Shown: piece after piece, positions 28,535 to 39,800 of the stretch | How the letters are laid out: each line of letters starts with the position of its first letter | Position numbering within the stretch: position 1 is the stretch's first letter | Virus record (IMG/VR): IMGVR_UViG_3300025759_000058 | Source of the DNA: a virus | Length of the DNA stretch: 64,000 nucleotides | Direction: 5' to 3' (one strand) | Position numbers and translations under genes: made by a program | Notes under the pieces: generated by a model | Database searches by the model: none | What the model saw: the letters and a program-made list of their open reading frames with translations, nothing else | What the model was told of the DNA's origin: nothing

Positions 28535-29200
28535 ATGGGATATTTGAATAACAGTACTATAACAGTTGATGCAATCCTTACTAAAAAAGGACGCGAATTG
28601 TTAGCGCGCGGCCGTGATGAATTTAAAATTACGCAGTTCGCATTAGCAGATGATGAGGTTGATTATGATTTATATAATCCAGATCACCCGCTTGGTACAG
28701 CATATTACGGCGCGGCAATAGAAAACATGCCAGTATTAGAAGCATTGCCTGATGAAACGCAGATGTTAAAATACAAGCTTGTAACATTACCAAAAGGTAC
28801 TGCAAATATTCCTGTTGTTAGTATAGGCCAAACATCCGTTTCACTAGAAAATAATCAGTCATATGCAATACTTCCACAGACAGTAAACTTCCAAGGCGGC
28901 AACCGTACATTTGGATATACTGCAATATTGTCTGATTCAGATGCCGGAACATTGACAGCGACGGTTGCAGCGCCGAATGTTAATGCAGCTGCATCATCGC
29001 CTCAATTTATTGGAGATTCGGAAGCAGCACAAAGTGTTACGGTTACTGGGTTAGAATTCCAATTTGTAGCTAAGCCTCAATTATTAGCTGATAAAACAGC
29101 GACTATTCTTATTATAGGAAATGAGACCGGAGGCCGAGCGACCCTTAATGTTACAGTTAATAAAGTACAAGTAGCTACATCAGGCTTAAATGCAGGATAA
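28535..29200 (+). CDS. Baseplate/tail-collar protein resembling the N-terminal half of DUF3751
   Basis: AILTKKGRELLARG...FKITQFALADD; ATATTTAT at 28508. Confidence 0.65.
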   Translation: MGYLNNSTITVDAILTKKGRELLARGRDEFKITQFALADDEVDYDLYNPDHPLGTAYYGAAIENMPVLEALPDETQMLKYKLVTLPKGTANIPVVSIGQTSVSLENNQSYAILPQTVNFQGGNRTFGYTAILSDSDAGTLTATVAAPNVNAAASSPQFIGDSEAAQSVTVTGLEFQFVAKPQLLADKTATILIIGNETGGRATLNVTVNKVQVATSGLNAG

Positions 29201-29211
29201 AGGAATAAAAC

Positions 29212-30450
29212 ATGGGATTAAATAATCGTCAAATATCAACACCTGGATTTTCGCCGCGATTTGGAGCGCAACAATCAGGTACTATTAGTCAACAAGTTTC
29301 TCGATTAGCACGTCAATTGGCAGATGATATTATCAGGGAACGGGAGCAAGTATCTTTACGTGCACGTAACGGTCGTATATTTACGCCATTTCAGACTCCT
29401 GACGATGTATTATCAAATCAAGTAGAGACTGTTACTAAAGGTTTATTTTCTAGCAACACCGGTAGTATGACTAGTTTTTATTCTAGTTCAACTGCAACCA
29501 CTGCTCAAAGATCATATTTTTATGAATTATATGATAAAGATCCGGAGACAGATACTACTGCAACGCCAATGCTTTCGATTGCATATGGACATTATAATGG
29601 GTCAGGATCTGTTGATACTACAGGTAATTTAAATAATGATACACCCTCTAGAGCTATTTATCGTCAGTATGCTCAATTGTTATTAGCCCCTAATGATAGA
29701 AAGTTTACTATTAACGGCACTGATACAGATTCTATATATGTCTTAAACTTTAATAGAGCACGTTATAGAGAAAAATTAGATCCAGGTAATTTTGAAATTA
29801 CATTAGCTGAGATTTCAGCATCTGGCACTGCATTTACAGAAGTAAGTTCTAGTAATATTTACCGACAAATTATTGATGATTCATCAATTAATGCTGCAAC
29901 TGAAGGCGAAGCTGGCCAAGTTTATAACTTAATATCAGGCTCAATTGATGGCGGTACTAGTATTTATAATTCTTCATCGCCTACATATTTCGGTTTGTTA
30001 TATCCACAGCACGGTGTTGCTATATTAAATGGCGATACATTAGATTTAAGTGCAGCCGCCGGCGGTTTAAGTTTTAACACCGGTGTAGCATCTGGCATTG
30101 AGGGAAATAATCGACAAAAACTTTTTGGATCTTTGTCAGGTTCTCATGCATTAACGCCATCGACGATTACCGGAGGAATACAAGGCAGATCTGCAGAACA
30201 AGTTAAATCGACATATTATTTTGTACGTGTTAAAAATGGCGAATATAATTATTCAAATAATCCGTCATTTGTAACCGGCTCGTTAGGTCAAGTTGCATTT
30301 AGTTCATTTGTTAACGATCCACAAACATATATCACTAGTGTAGGCCTGTATAATGATCGACGTGAGTTGTTAGCAGTAGCAAAACTTAGCCAACCATTGT
30401 TAAAAGCGTTTACTAGAGAAGCATTGATTAAGGTTAAATTAGACTTCTAA
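29212..30450 (+). CDS. Baseplate/tail-collar protein ending in a DUF3751 C-terminal-like motif
   Basis: C-terminal TYITSVGLYNDRRELLAVAKLSQP. Confidence 0.65.
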   Translation: MGLNNRQISTPGFSPRFGAQQSGTISQQVSRLARQLADDIIREREQVSLRARNGRIFTPFQTPDDVLSNQVETVTKGLFSSNTGSMTSFYSSSTATTAQRSYFYELYDKDPETDTTATPMLSIAYGHYNGSGSVDTTGNLNNDTPSRAIYRQYAQLLLAPNDRKFTINGTDTDSIYVLNFNRARYREKLDPGNFEITLAEISASGTAFTEVSSSNIYRQIIDDSSINAATEGEAGQVYNLISGSIDGGTSIYNSSSPTYFGLLYPQHGVAILNGDTLDLSAAAGGLSFNTGVASGIEGNNRQKLFGSLSGSHALTPSTITGGIQGRSAEQVKSTYYFVRVKNGEYNYSNNPSFVTGSLGQVAFSSFVNDPQTYITSVGLYNDRRELLAVAKLSQPLLKAFTREALIKVKLDF

Positions 30451-30460
30451 TTAAAATGTC

Positions 30461-32221
30461 ATGCCAGCAACACCTACAGTATTTCGAGGGATTCGATCGA
30501 ATGACTATCAAAGTAGACCGTTCCGTGCATACAAGCAATATACGATAACAAATGCTTCGACATCTGTTACTCAATATAATGCTATTTACACAGGTAATAG
30601 AGTTGATGTAAATGATACGGCGGCTGTTTATCCATTAAATAGCGACGGTACGAATCAACATACAGTATGGGATACTATAGACCATAGATATTATCGGTAT
30701 CCATATGACCCGGCACGTTCTCACGAATTGACAAATAGATCGACGGCTAGAAAGCATTTAAATGTTTCGGCATCTATTGTTTCGATTCCATATTTAGATG
30801 TAGGCGAACGTATAAAGCCTGGTTCTGTTTCTATTACTGCAACGCCTGTTAATACATCTATAACGTTACGAGATGACAGCAACGGTAATTTACGAGACCC
30901 ATTAATTGATACATCGTCATTTGCTAGCAGTTCTAGAAATGTATTTTATATGTCATTTAATGATGAATTTCGTAGATTCCCGTCTGGCTTAGGTACATAT
31001 ACTACCGGTAATTTCAAATACATATTAAATGGTACTGAACATACTGATGCAAGTATACAAGGCGTAAAGCTAATCGACGGGGTTACGGCGACAAATACTT
31101 CTGCGTCTATAGGCAATGCTGCAGAATTTCCAGATAATACATATATACGTATACCACATAATGATTTGTTTAATAAATTGCAACGATGTGATGATTGGAC
31201 ATTATCATTTTGGCATCGCGATCGTGTCGGTGTCAGTGATTCAAATTTATTATCTTTTATAATCAATAAACACGGCGTGACTCGAGAGCGATACATTACT
31301 GATAACGGAACGTTTGATTATCGTGATTTAAATATTACAGGTACTAATGAATCAAATTTATATTTTCAACGACCGGAATTTTGGAAAACACGTACGCCGA
31401 TTGCATTATATATTAAACATGAAATTGCAGAATCCCAGAAACGTTTGATTTACATTGCATCCGACGGAACACAGACTTCGGTAATTAGCGGTAGTTTTGC
31501 AAATGATGGACAATGGCATCATATGTGCATACGTAATAGTGCTAGTATATGTGAGTTATTTATTGACACTGTAGCTTCTGCATATTCAAGCTCATTGCCT
31601 AATAATAATACAGCAACATCAGCTGATATTATGATAGGTGCAGAAAATCCAGAGGCTGACCCATGGGGTGGGCAGAGTACAATATATGGATTGGCTGAAA
31701 TGAGATTATATGATTATGCAGTATCGAATGCTAATATTCAATCATTAGCTAATCGGCATTTCTTATCAGCATCGTGTTTACAAACTAATGTCGTAGGTAA
31801 TGTATTTTATCGCAACGGCCATGCTGTAGTTTCTACACCGTTGCCAAGATATAATTCAGGATCTGGATTCTTTGGTAATACTTGGTCAATGACATATAAA
31901 GGTCAGCATACAATTTATGAAAACGAAGTATTGGTACGCGTACCAGCTGATCAATTAAATGTTTCAATGAATCCATCTGCGACATATAGACCTTCGACAG
32001 GCGAGGATAATGCATGCAACACGGATTCAGTTGCAAATTCTAAACTAACACCGGGTGAGTTACGAAAGCCGATGTTTGTGAGTGGATCAGTATATCCTTA
32101 TATAACAACAATTGGTTTATATAATGATAATGGCGAAATGTTAGCAGTAGGAAAGTTAGCATCGCCAGTACAAAAGCGTGATGATGTTGATATGAACTTC
32201 ATTGTACGCTGGGACTATTAA
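30461..32221 (+). CDS. Baseplate/tail protein with inserted LamG-like domain; paralogue of the previous gene
   Basis: WTLSFW...QWHHM...MRLYDYAVS; C-terminal YITTIGLYNDNGEMLAVGKL. Confidence 0.7.
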   Translation: MPATPTVFRGIRSNDYQSRPFRAYKQYTITNASTSVTQYNAIYTGNRVDVNDTAAVYPLNSDGTNQHTVWDTIDHRYYRYPYDPARSHELTNRSTARKHLNVSASIVSIPYLDVGERIKPGSVSITATPVNTSITLRDDSNGNLRDPLIDTSSFASSSRNVFYMSFNDEFRRFPSGLGTYTTGNFKYILNGTEHTDASIQGVKLIDGVTATNTSASIGNAAEFPDNTYIRIPHNDLFNKLQRCDDWTLSFWHRDRVGVSDSNLLSFIINKHGVTRERYITDNGTFDYRDLNITGTNESNLYFQRPEFWKTRTPIALYIKHEIAESQKRLIYIASDGTQTSVISGSFANDGQWHHMCIRNSASICELFIDTVASAYSSSLPNNNTATSADIMIGAENPEADPWGGQSTIYGLAEMRLYDYAVSNANIQSLANRHFLSASCLQTNVVGNVFYRNGHAVVSTPLPRYNSGSGFFGNTWSMTYKGQHTIYENEVLVRVPADQLNVSMNPSATYRPSTGEDNACNTDSVANSKLTPGELRKPMFVSGSVYPYITTIGLYNDNGEMLAVGKLASPVQKRDDVDMNFIVRWDY

Positions 32222-32244
32222 TATTTATACAAAAGGAAAAGGTT

Positions 32245-32652
32245 ATGGCTTGGAGATCAAAATCCAAAGTGCGTCGCAATGCACTAAAAAAAGGTTATAG
32301 GAGCGGCTTTGAATTGAAAGTTGCTGATAATTTAACAGAAAATTTAGTAGAGTTCGGATATGAGGATACAGTAATACCTTATATAAAACCAGCCACTCAT
32401 CATAAATATACAGTCGATTTTCGACTACCTAATGGTATATTAGTCGAGGCTAAAGGCCGATGGACGCTAGAAGACCGTAAAAAACATTTGTTGGTAAAAG
32501 AACAACATCCAGAGTTAGATATAAGAATCGTATTTCAATCATCTAAAACTAAAATCCGTAAAGGTTCTAAAACAACATATGCAGATTTTTGCGATAAGAA
32601 CAATATAAAATGGGCCGAAAAAAATATTCCAGAAAGTTGGTATAAGGCTTGA
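32245..32652 (+). CDS. Holliday junction resolvase, T7 endonuclease I family
   Basis: GYRSGFE, YTVDF.LPNGILVEAKG, HPELDIRIVFQ, KTTYADFC. Confidence 0.92.
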   Translation: MAWRSKSKVRRNALKKGYRSGFELKVADNLTENLVEFGYEDTVIPYIKPATHHKYTVDFRLPNGILVEAKGRWTLEDRKKHLLVKEQHPELDIRIVFQSSKTKIRKGSKTTYADFCDKNNIKWAEKNIPESWYKA

Positions 32653-32679
32653 GCTTTTGAGATTTTTTTAATAAATTAC
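32649..32679 (+). promoter_or_regulatory. Degenerate sigma-A-type promoter upstream of primase
   Basis: TTG(32649)-N20-TAAATTAC. Confidence 0.4.
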
Positions 32680-32770
32680 ATATAATTAATTTTTCATGAA
32701 AATTATTTTGAATGAAACATTGATGTTCGATAGTATTGAGATGATCAATGCTATTACTTAATATTATTAA

Positions 32771-33697
32771 ATGAGCAAATACTCGTTAGTTACTTTACTT
32801 AATTCTTTGCTAGGTTCTGGCAAACATACTTCGGAAGATGACATTGCATATCACTGTCCATTTTGTCATCATCATAAAAAGAAGCTTGAAGTAAATATTA
32901 TTTCGCAACATTGGCACTGCTGGGTATGTAATGCCTCCGGCCGTAAACTATCCGTTCTTTTTCGTAAGCTAAATGCACCACGCGAAAAGATAGCTAAACT
33001 AGCAACTTTATTGGATGATGTTGCTTTTCGTCCATCAAAGACAACAACAGATACGCCAGTACTTTCATTGCCAGATGAATTCAAACCATTATGGAAAGTT
33101 GATAACATATCACCTGAGTTCCGTAATGCAGTACATTATTTGAAATCGCGTGGCATTACAATTCGAGATATTCTTAAGTATCGAATTGGTTACTGTGAAA
33201 ATGGTTTGTACGGAGGCAAAGTAATTATACCTAGTTTTGATGATAACGGTAGTTTAAACTATTTTGTATCACGTGCATATTACATGGATGATAAATACAA
33301 ACATAAGAATCCGCCGGCATCTAAAGATATAGTAGGATTTGAATTGCATATCAATTGGAATATGCCTATTGTATTAGTTGAAGGCGCATTTGATGCAATT
33401 GCAATACGTCGTAATGCAATACCATTATTTGGTAAAACAATATCAAATACTTTGAAGCGCCGAATTGTAGAAAAAGGCGTCCAAGACATTTATATCTGTT
33501 TAGACCAAGATGCACGTAAACAAGCGCTAGAAGCAGCTGAATATTTTATTGCTAATGGCATTAACGTGTATTTTGTTGATTTAACTGATAAAGATCCTAG
33601 TGATATAGGATTTGAAAAAATTACAAATATTATTAACGAGACATGTCCTTTAACGGCCGATCGTTTAATGGAAGAGAAGATATTATGCGCACTGTAA
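32771..33697 (+). CDS. dnaG: DNA primase (Zn finger plus TOPRIM)
   Basis: CPFC...HCWVC; YLKSRGI; LVEGAFDA; CLDQDA; KDPSD. Confidence 0.9.
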   Translation: MSKYSLVTLLNSLLGSGKHTSEDDIAYHCPFCHHHKKKLEVNIISQHWHCWVCNASGRKLSVLFRKLNAPREKIAKLATLLDDVAFRPSKTTTDTPVLSLPDEFKPLWKVDNISPEFRNAVHYLKSRGITIRDILKYRIGYCENGLYGGKVIIPSFDDNGSLNYFVSRAYYMDDKYKHKNPPASKDIVGFELHINWNMPIVLVEGAFDAIAIRRNAIPLFGKTISNTLKRRIVEKGVQDIYICLDQDARKQALEAAEYFIANGINVYFVDLTDKDPSDIGFEKITNIINETCPLTADRLMEEKILCAL

Positions 33698-36600
33698 ACA
33701 TTGGAATAGAAAAAATTGATCGTATATACCACGTGGCGGATGTGCATGTACGTAATGTCAAGAGGCATAAAGAATACGAACAGGTATTTAAAAAACTGTA
33801 TGCATACATTAAAAAGACAAAGACACCAAATTCAGTTATTTATCTCGCCGGCGATATAGTACATGCTAAGACAGATATGTCACCAGAGTTAGTATTTCAA
33901 GTATCAACTTTCTTTAAACGACTAGCTGATATAGCACCTACTCTATTAATTACAGGTAATCACGACTGTAATCTGAATAACTCTAATCGATTAGATGCAT
34001 TAACACCTATTGTCACAGCCTTAAATCATCCTAACTTACATTATCTTAAAGATAACGGTGTATACTTGATATCCGGTATACACTTTAACGTAATGTCAGT
34101 CTTTGATAAGCCAGCTGATTTTATTAAAGCCAGCGATTTTGAAGGCGATTATAAAATTGCATTACATCATGGTGCTGTTAACAATGCAACGACTGATGCC
34201 GGATTTGTACTCAGCAATGACCACGTTACTACAAATATTTTTGATGGCCATGATCTAGCGTTATTGGGAGATATTCATAAGCCTCAATATCTGAATGATG
34301 AAAAAACTGTTGCATACGCAGGTTCGTTGATTCAACAAAATCATGGTGAAGGTTTAGAACATGGTATATTGGTATGGGATATAGAAACGCGACAAGCTAA
34401 ATTTATAGAAATTGAAAATCAGTTTGGATATTATACATTTAATGTAGTTAACGGCAAAATAACAAACCCTTCTGATAAAGTACCAAAGAAACCTAGACTA
34501 CGATTAAAAGTAGAAGATACGGATTCTGCAGATCTAAAGTCGATAGTTGCAGAAATCCGGAAGCAATATTCCGTACAAGAAATAGCTATTCAAAAAGTTA
34601 ATGCTATTAATTCGGGCCATACGAATCAAAAAATTAATTTTGGAGATGTACGAGACCCGGAGTGGCAAAATAAAGTTATTTCTGAATTCTTGTACAATGA
34701 ATTGGCACTAGATGATGAAACACTTGACGTTGTACGTCATATCAATCGTACAGTACATTCTAAATTACCTGACTCAGAATTAACTCGTAATGTTATCTGG
34801 TCACCAAAAACATTTGAGTTTTCTAACATGTTTAGTTACGGTGAAAATAATTCAATTGATTTCGGAAATGTACAGGGTGTGAATGGTTTGTTTGCTCCTA
34901 ATGCTAGCGGCAAATCTACATTATTAGATGCACTGGCATTTTGTTGTTTTGATAAATGCAGTCGTACAAGTAAAGCAGTTCATGTACTTAACAATAAAAA
35001 GTCATCGTTTAAATGTAAGTTTGGTTTTGATTTAGATGGTAAACTTTATTACGTAGAACGTACCGGTAAGCAAAATAAAAATGGCCACGTTAAAGTCGAT
35101 GTAGATTTTTGGCATGAAGATGAGAACGGGAACGTTGAAATGTTAAACGGCGACCAACGTGATAGTACTAATAAAATTATACGTCAATATTTAGGCTCGT
35201 ATGAAGATTTTGTTTTAACAGCACTTTCTCTGCAAAATAATAACACCGGATTTATTGATAAGTCACAACGAGAACGTAAAGAATTATTAACGCAATTTCT
35301 AGATATTGACGTATTTGAAAAACAGTATCAGATTGCAGCCGAAGATATTCGAGAAACATCTTCTATTATTAAAGAATATAAACGTCAAGACTATAGTTAT
35401 GAGTTAGCAGAATGCGAACGGCAAATTGCGCAAATATCAAAACCGCTAGATGTAATGAAAGAGTCGCGCGATGGCCATGTTAGTATGGTAAACGATTTAA
35501 CTGAAATTATAGTTAATTTAACTGCTGAATTAAAACATATAGATTCAGAAATCTCAGATATTAATGGGTTAAAAGAATCGAGAGAAAAAATTGTAGATCA
35601 AATTCAAACTATTGAACATTCATTGTTTCATAAAAAAGAGCATCTTAACAATACGCGAAATGAATTAATAAATATTACGACAAAACTTGAATCATATAAT
35701 CCGGTTGCTTTAAAAGATTTAGTAACCGAAGCAGATGAATTAAATGCTAGTATAAATGTATGGTCAAATAAAGCTGTGCAAACTCAAATTGCAATTGATC
35801 ATGTTGAACGAATTGTATCTAAATTAGACGATCATAAATGGGATCCAGATTGCGAGTATTGTATGGCTAATCCATGGTTGCACGAATCGAAAGAATCGGC
35901 TGATAAATTACCTGTTCTTTTAGAAGAACGTGATGAGATAGAAAATATGATTTCTAAACTACAACAACGTATATTAGAAATAAAACAAACAAATGTATAT
36001 GAAGATCTAGAAGAGTATAATAGTTTACAATCTAAAGTTCATCGCGTAGAAAATGCAGTGCTTGTTGCCGAAGGCGATGTTAATTCTTATAGTTCTAAAC
36101 TAAGCTCTAAAAAGGATTCTATTAAATTAATAGATGGTCGATTGAAAGAAGCATATTCACGCAAAGATGATATTGCATTCAATAAAAAGAAACGTCAGGA
36201 AATTTCTGAAATAAAAGATGAACAAGATTCGCTGTTGATAGAAATTTCTGAGTTTGACGAAAAGATACTCACTATGACCGGCAAATTGCAAGTTGCTGAA
36301 AGCAATAAAGCAAATGCACTTAAAGCTATTCAACGACTCAAAGAATTGGAAATTCAATATAAAGGATATGAGTATTATCTTAAAGCTGTAAAACGAGATG
36401 GCGTACCATACCAATTAATATCAAAAGCTTTACCTCAAATTGAAGCTGAAATAAATAATATTTTAGCACAAATCGTAGATTTCAGTGTAATGTTAGAAAC
36501 CGATGGTAAAAATATTAATGGCTATATTGTATATGATGATAATAATTATTGGCCGTTAGAATTAACTTCTGGTATGGAGAAATTTATTTCATCGTTAGCA

Positions 36601-36840
36601 ATTCGCACGTCGTTAATTAATATAACTAGTCTACCACGTCCCAATTTCTTAGCAATTGATGAAGGATTTGGTGTGCTCGATTCTGATAATCTTAATAGTA
36701 TGTATCTGTTATTTGATTATCTAAAGTCTCAGTTTGGTTTTGTAATGTGTATTTCTCATATCGATGCAATGCGTGATATTGTAGATAAATTGATTGAAAT
36801 CAAAAAAATTAAAGGATATTCTCAAATAAATTACAACTGA
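33685..36840 (+). CDS. Fused Mre11/SbcD nuclease and Rad50/SbcC ATPase (gp47+gp46-like)
   Basis: DVH, GDIVH, GNHD, GDIH phosphoesterase motifs; Walker A PNASGKST; CEYC hook; SGMEK signature; IDEGFGVLD; ISH; ATG at 33685 minimises overlap with primase. Confidence 0.92.
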   Translation: MRTVNIGIEKIDRIYHVADVHVRNVKRHKEYEQVFKKLYAYIKKTKTPNSVIYLAGDIVHAKTDMSPELVFQVSTFFKRLADIAPTLLITGNHDCNLNNSNRLDALTPIVTALNHPNLHYLKDNGVYLISGIHFNVMSVFDKPADFIKASDFEGDYKIALHHGAVNNATTDAGFVLSNDHVTTNIFDGHDLALLGDIHKPQYLNDEKTVAYAGSLIQQNHGEGLEHGILVWDIETRQAKFIEIENQFGYYTFNVVNGKITNPSDKVPKKPRLRLKVEDTDSADLKSIVAEIRKQYSVQEIAIQKVNAINSGHTNQKINFGDVRDPEWQNKVISEFLYNELALDDETLDVVRHINRTVHSKLPDSELTRNVIWSPKTFEFSNMFSYGENNSIDFGNVQGVNGLFAPNASGKSTLLDALAFCCFDKCSRTSKAVHVLNNKKSSFKCKFGFDLDGKLYYVERTGKQNKNGHVKVDVDFWHEDENGNVEMLNGDQRDSTNKIIRQYLGSYEDFVLTALSLQNNNTGFIDKSQRERKELLTQFLDIDVFEKQYQIAAEDIRETSSIIKEYKRQDYSYELAECERQIAQISKPLDVMKESRDGHVSMVNDLTEIIVNLTAELKHIDSEISDINGLKESREKIVDQIQTIEHSLFHKKEHLNNTRNELINITTKLESYNPVALKDLVTEADELNASINVWSNKAVQTQIAIDHVERIVSKLDDHKWDPDCEYCMANPWLHESKESADKLPVLLEERDEIENMISKLQQRILEIKQTNVYEDLEEYNSLQSKVHRVENAVLVAEGDVNSYSSKLSSKKDSIKLIDGRLKEAYSRKDDIAFNKKKRQEISEIKDEQDSLLIEISEFDEKILTMTGKLQVAESNKANALKAIQRLKELEIQYKGYEYYLKAVKRDGVPYQLISKALPQIEAEINNILAQIVDFSVMLETDGKNINGYIVYDDNNYWPLELTSGMEKFISSLAIRTSLINITSLPRPNFLAIDEGFGVLDSDNLNSMYLLFDYLKSQFGFVMCISHIDAMRDIVDKLIEIKKIKGYSQINYN

Positions 36841-36866
36841 TATTTATTATAAAGCAAAGGCAATGA

Positions 36867-39800
36867 ATGTCAGAATATACGTTTCGTGAGTTAGCTGTAC
36901 GGCCGAAAGTTGCATATGTAGGATATAAGGATTATACATATACGGTCAACGATACGAGCCTAACATCTCCAGATTATTTTGAAATAGTCGAATTTCCGTC
37001 TAAGTTAACTGCAGGAAAAAATTTAATCAAACTACGAGCCAATCGTAATAACCTGGTCAATAATAGTAATATTAATGTTGAAATTTTAGATTACAACGGA
37101 GACCCAGTTTATTACAAGCCAATACGATATAGCGAACGTGATGGAACTAGAGTTATTGCAATTTATGTTTATCCAGAAACATCACCTGGTCCAGCACGTA
37201 TTTATTTAACTGGCAGAGCTCGGTTTGACCAACGTGGTAATGAACTACGATCGAGTCAAGATTATTCAGATTCAGATTACATAAATCGGCCTAATTTGAT
37301 ATGGTCACGTTCCGTAACAATTGCTCCAGATGATCCTAACAGTACAGAAATAATATTTGTTAAACAGCCGCAAGTATTAATAACAGAATCTGTACAACCT
37401 TACTTTCAACCAGTAACAACTACAAGTGTATTTACAAAAGTAAGCAGTTCTGGAATACCTAGTGATTTATCTCTAGGATTTGGATACCAAACTAATTTAC
37501 CTGTAGGCTCACCACCGCCGATATTACCTGCCGCATTTGAAAGTGAAACAGGCGAAGATGCTAATGATATTACTGTAACAATTACACCTGCAAATGTATT
37601 TACTAGCGCTGTAACTGTAGGCGATACTATAGAAGAATCTGGTGCAGCAACAACTAGTAATCCTGTTTCTATCGTAGTCGGCAATGGTGTTGATTTTACA
37701 TTAAGCCCTACTACGCTTTCAGTTATTGAAGAGTTTTCATTCACATCGGCCATGGAAGACGGTGTTATTACAGTGACTAATCCGTTGGTATTAGCACCTA
37801 ATGGCACTAGTGCATATGTATTTGGAACTGAACAAAACGGTTTCGATGTAGCAATACCGGTGGGTATGAACGTAGCTCCGACTAAAATGGTGCAAATTAA
37901 TGCAGCCGGTCAAGTACGTTTATATGGTACATGGACATTTGGAATAAGGTCTGTACAAAATGCTACTAAAGCGCGTGTAGTGCAGATCGACGGGTATGAT
38001 AATAATTTCTTTAATACAAACGATGCTCCATTATGGCGATTCTTAGGTAATAGTGCTACATTTACAGGATTTCCGGCAAACATGAATTCCGAAGCTGCAG
38101 TTGCTGCTAGCGGATTTGATGTAACATCTAATCGAATTGAATCGGCTAACAACTTTACGTCTAGTTTTATTGAACCATATATAGTAACAGAAACAGAAAA
38201 TTCTGCTTCATTTGCTGATATTATTCTTTCTAATATAGAACCCGAAACGGGTGATGTATATAAAGTTAAAACACTGTTTAAACCATCCGGTATGTTTGGT
38301 GATTTTATCGATTTAGGTGATACTATTTTAGAAGAACAAGAGCTTTTAATTGATACTGAATCATTTGAAACTAATGTTACTGTTGGTGCGGTATATGAAC
38401 ATTTCGGTCGTTTTGAATCGTTAGACGAAATTAATACATACTGGGAACGAGTTAAATCAGACGGTTCAGATGCAACATTTACCGTTAATACTGCAAATAT
38501 ATTTGGTACTATTTACGACCCATTAGTCAACCCGCCTACCGGTTTAATGCGATATTCTGTGCTGACATATGATGATACAAATTTATTAGGAGGCGCGCAA
38601 TTCGATATCGGCCCCTATACTAATTTTAAATTAGATCAAGGCGTATTATTCTGGATTAAACAGCAATATCGTCCAAAATTATATGCTAATACTACATATA
38701 AAGTTAGAGCGAAATTATTATTACATAGCTCTGCTCCGGCAATTGAAGATGATCGAATTCCATTTCCAAGAATTGATATGTACGTTTCTGGATCGAAACC
38801 GACATTATTATCTGAAAACATAATAATTGCCGGCAATGCCTCATTACCTAACAATTGGCAAGAAACATTGACCGGAGATTTTGCTGATGGGTCTGTTGCT
38901 GGCTATCATTTGGGTACGGTGACATGTACCGATGTTGACAATACTAGGATAGATGTAGAATTTTTATTTAAAGTCGAAGCAGATGTTCCAGAATCTAATT
39001 TAGGATTTATGTTGAGATCTGGTGAATGGACTATTGCTGACATTGAATTAAAATCTTATAAAGAGTCTGGATTCTCACCAAACTATGTGCGTATAGGAAA
39101 ACGTGTACCTACCGAACATTTAAAAACGCCTTTGACGTTCAAGTTCCAATATTATGATTATACGGGTAAGCTAGCCAATCAACAGACAACGGCATATGGC
39201 GTAGTATTTCAAGGTGATAATTTTTACATAGATGGTGTTAACAATATTCTTACTGGATCGCTATTCTTAGGTAACACTATTGGAACTGGTGTAGAAATGG
39301 CCGGCGTTAATTCGGCATTTATACGTTCCGTAGGGTATTATGGTTATTCAGCTTCATTAGCAACGGGTAATGAAAAGAATGGAGGATTCCTAATCTATAG
39401 TGGTTCAGTACTACCCGCTGAAAAAAATTATTTCGGCGATGATATCTACAAAGGCGTCGGAATGGAATTAGTAGCGGATGATGATGCCGGCCATTTAATA
39501 TTCCATACTAATCCTTCGATACTTGATATTAAAGCCAGAACATTCTTTATTGGAGATTCGGACACACAATTTATATCCGGGTCAAATGGTAACATAGAAA
39601 TATCATCATCATTCTTTCATTTGAACCCGAAAGATTCCGAAGCTAAAATTGGCGGCTTTGTTGTAGAAGAAGATCAAATAAGATCATCTGCAGATGAATT
39701 AAATCTAAAATCAAACGGTCAAATATCCGGATCAGAATTTAGATTACGTAGAAGTATTGGCGGCTCGGACTATACATATGCTGACACGGTTCAAGGATTT

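Noticed and set aside
32245-32652. Mobile homing endonuclease
   Set aside because: Motifs match the T7 endonuclease I resolvase family, not HNH, GIY-YIG or LAGLIDADG
33685-36840. Eukaryotic giant-virus origin suggested by the Mre11-Rad50 fusion
   Set aside because: T4-like terminase, portal, baseplate genes and bacterial promoters indicate a tailed phage
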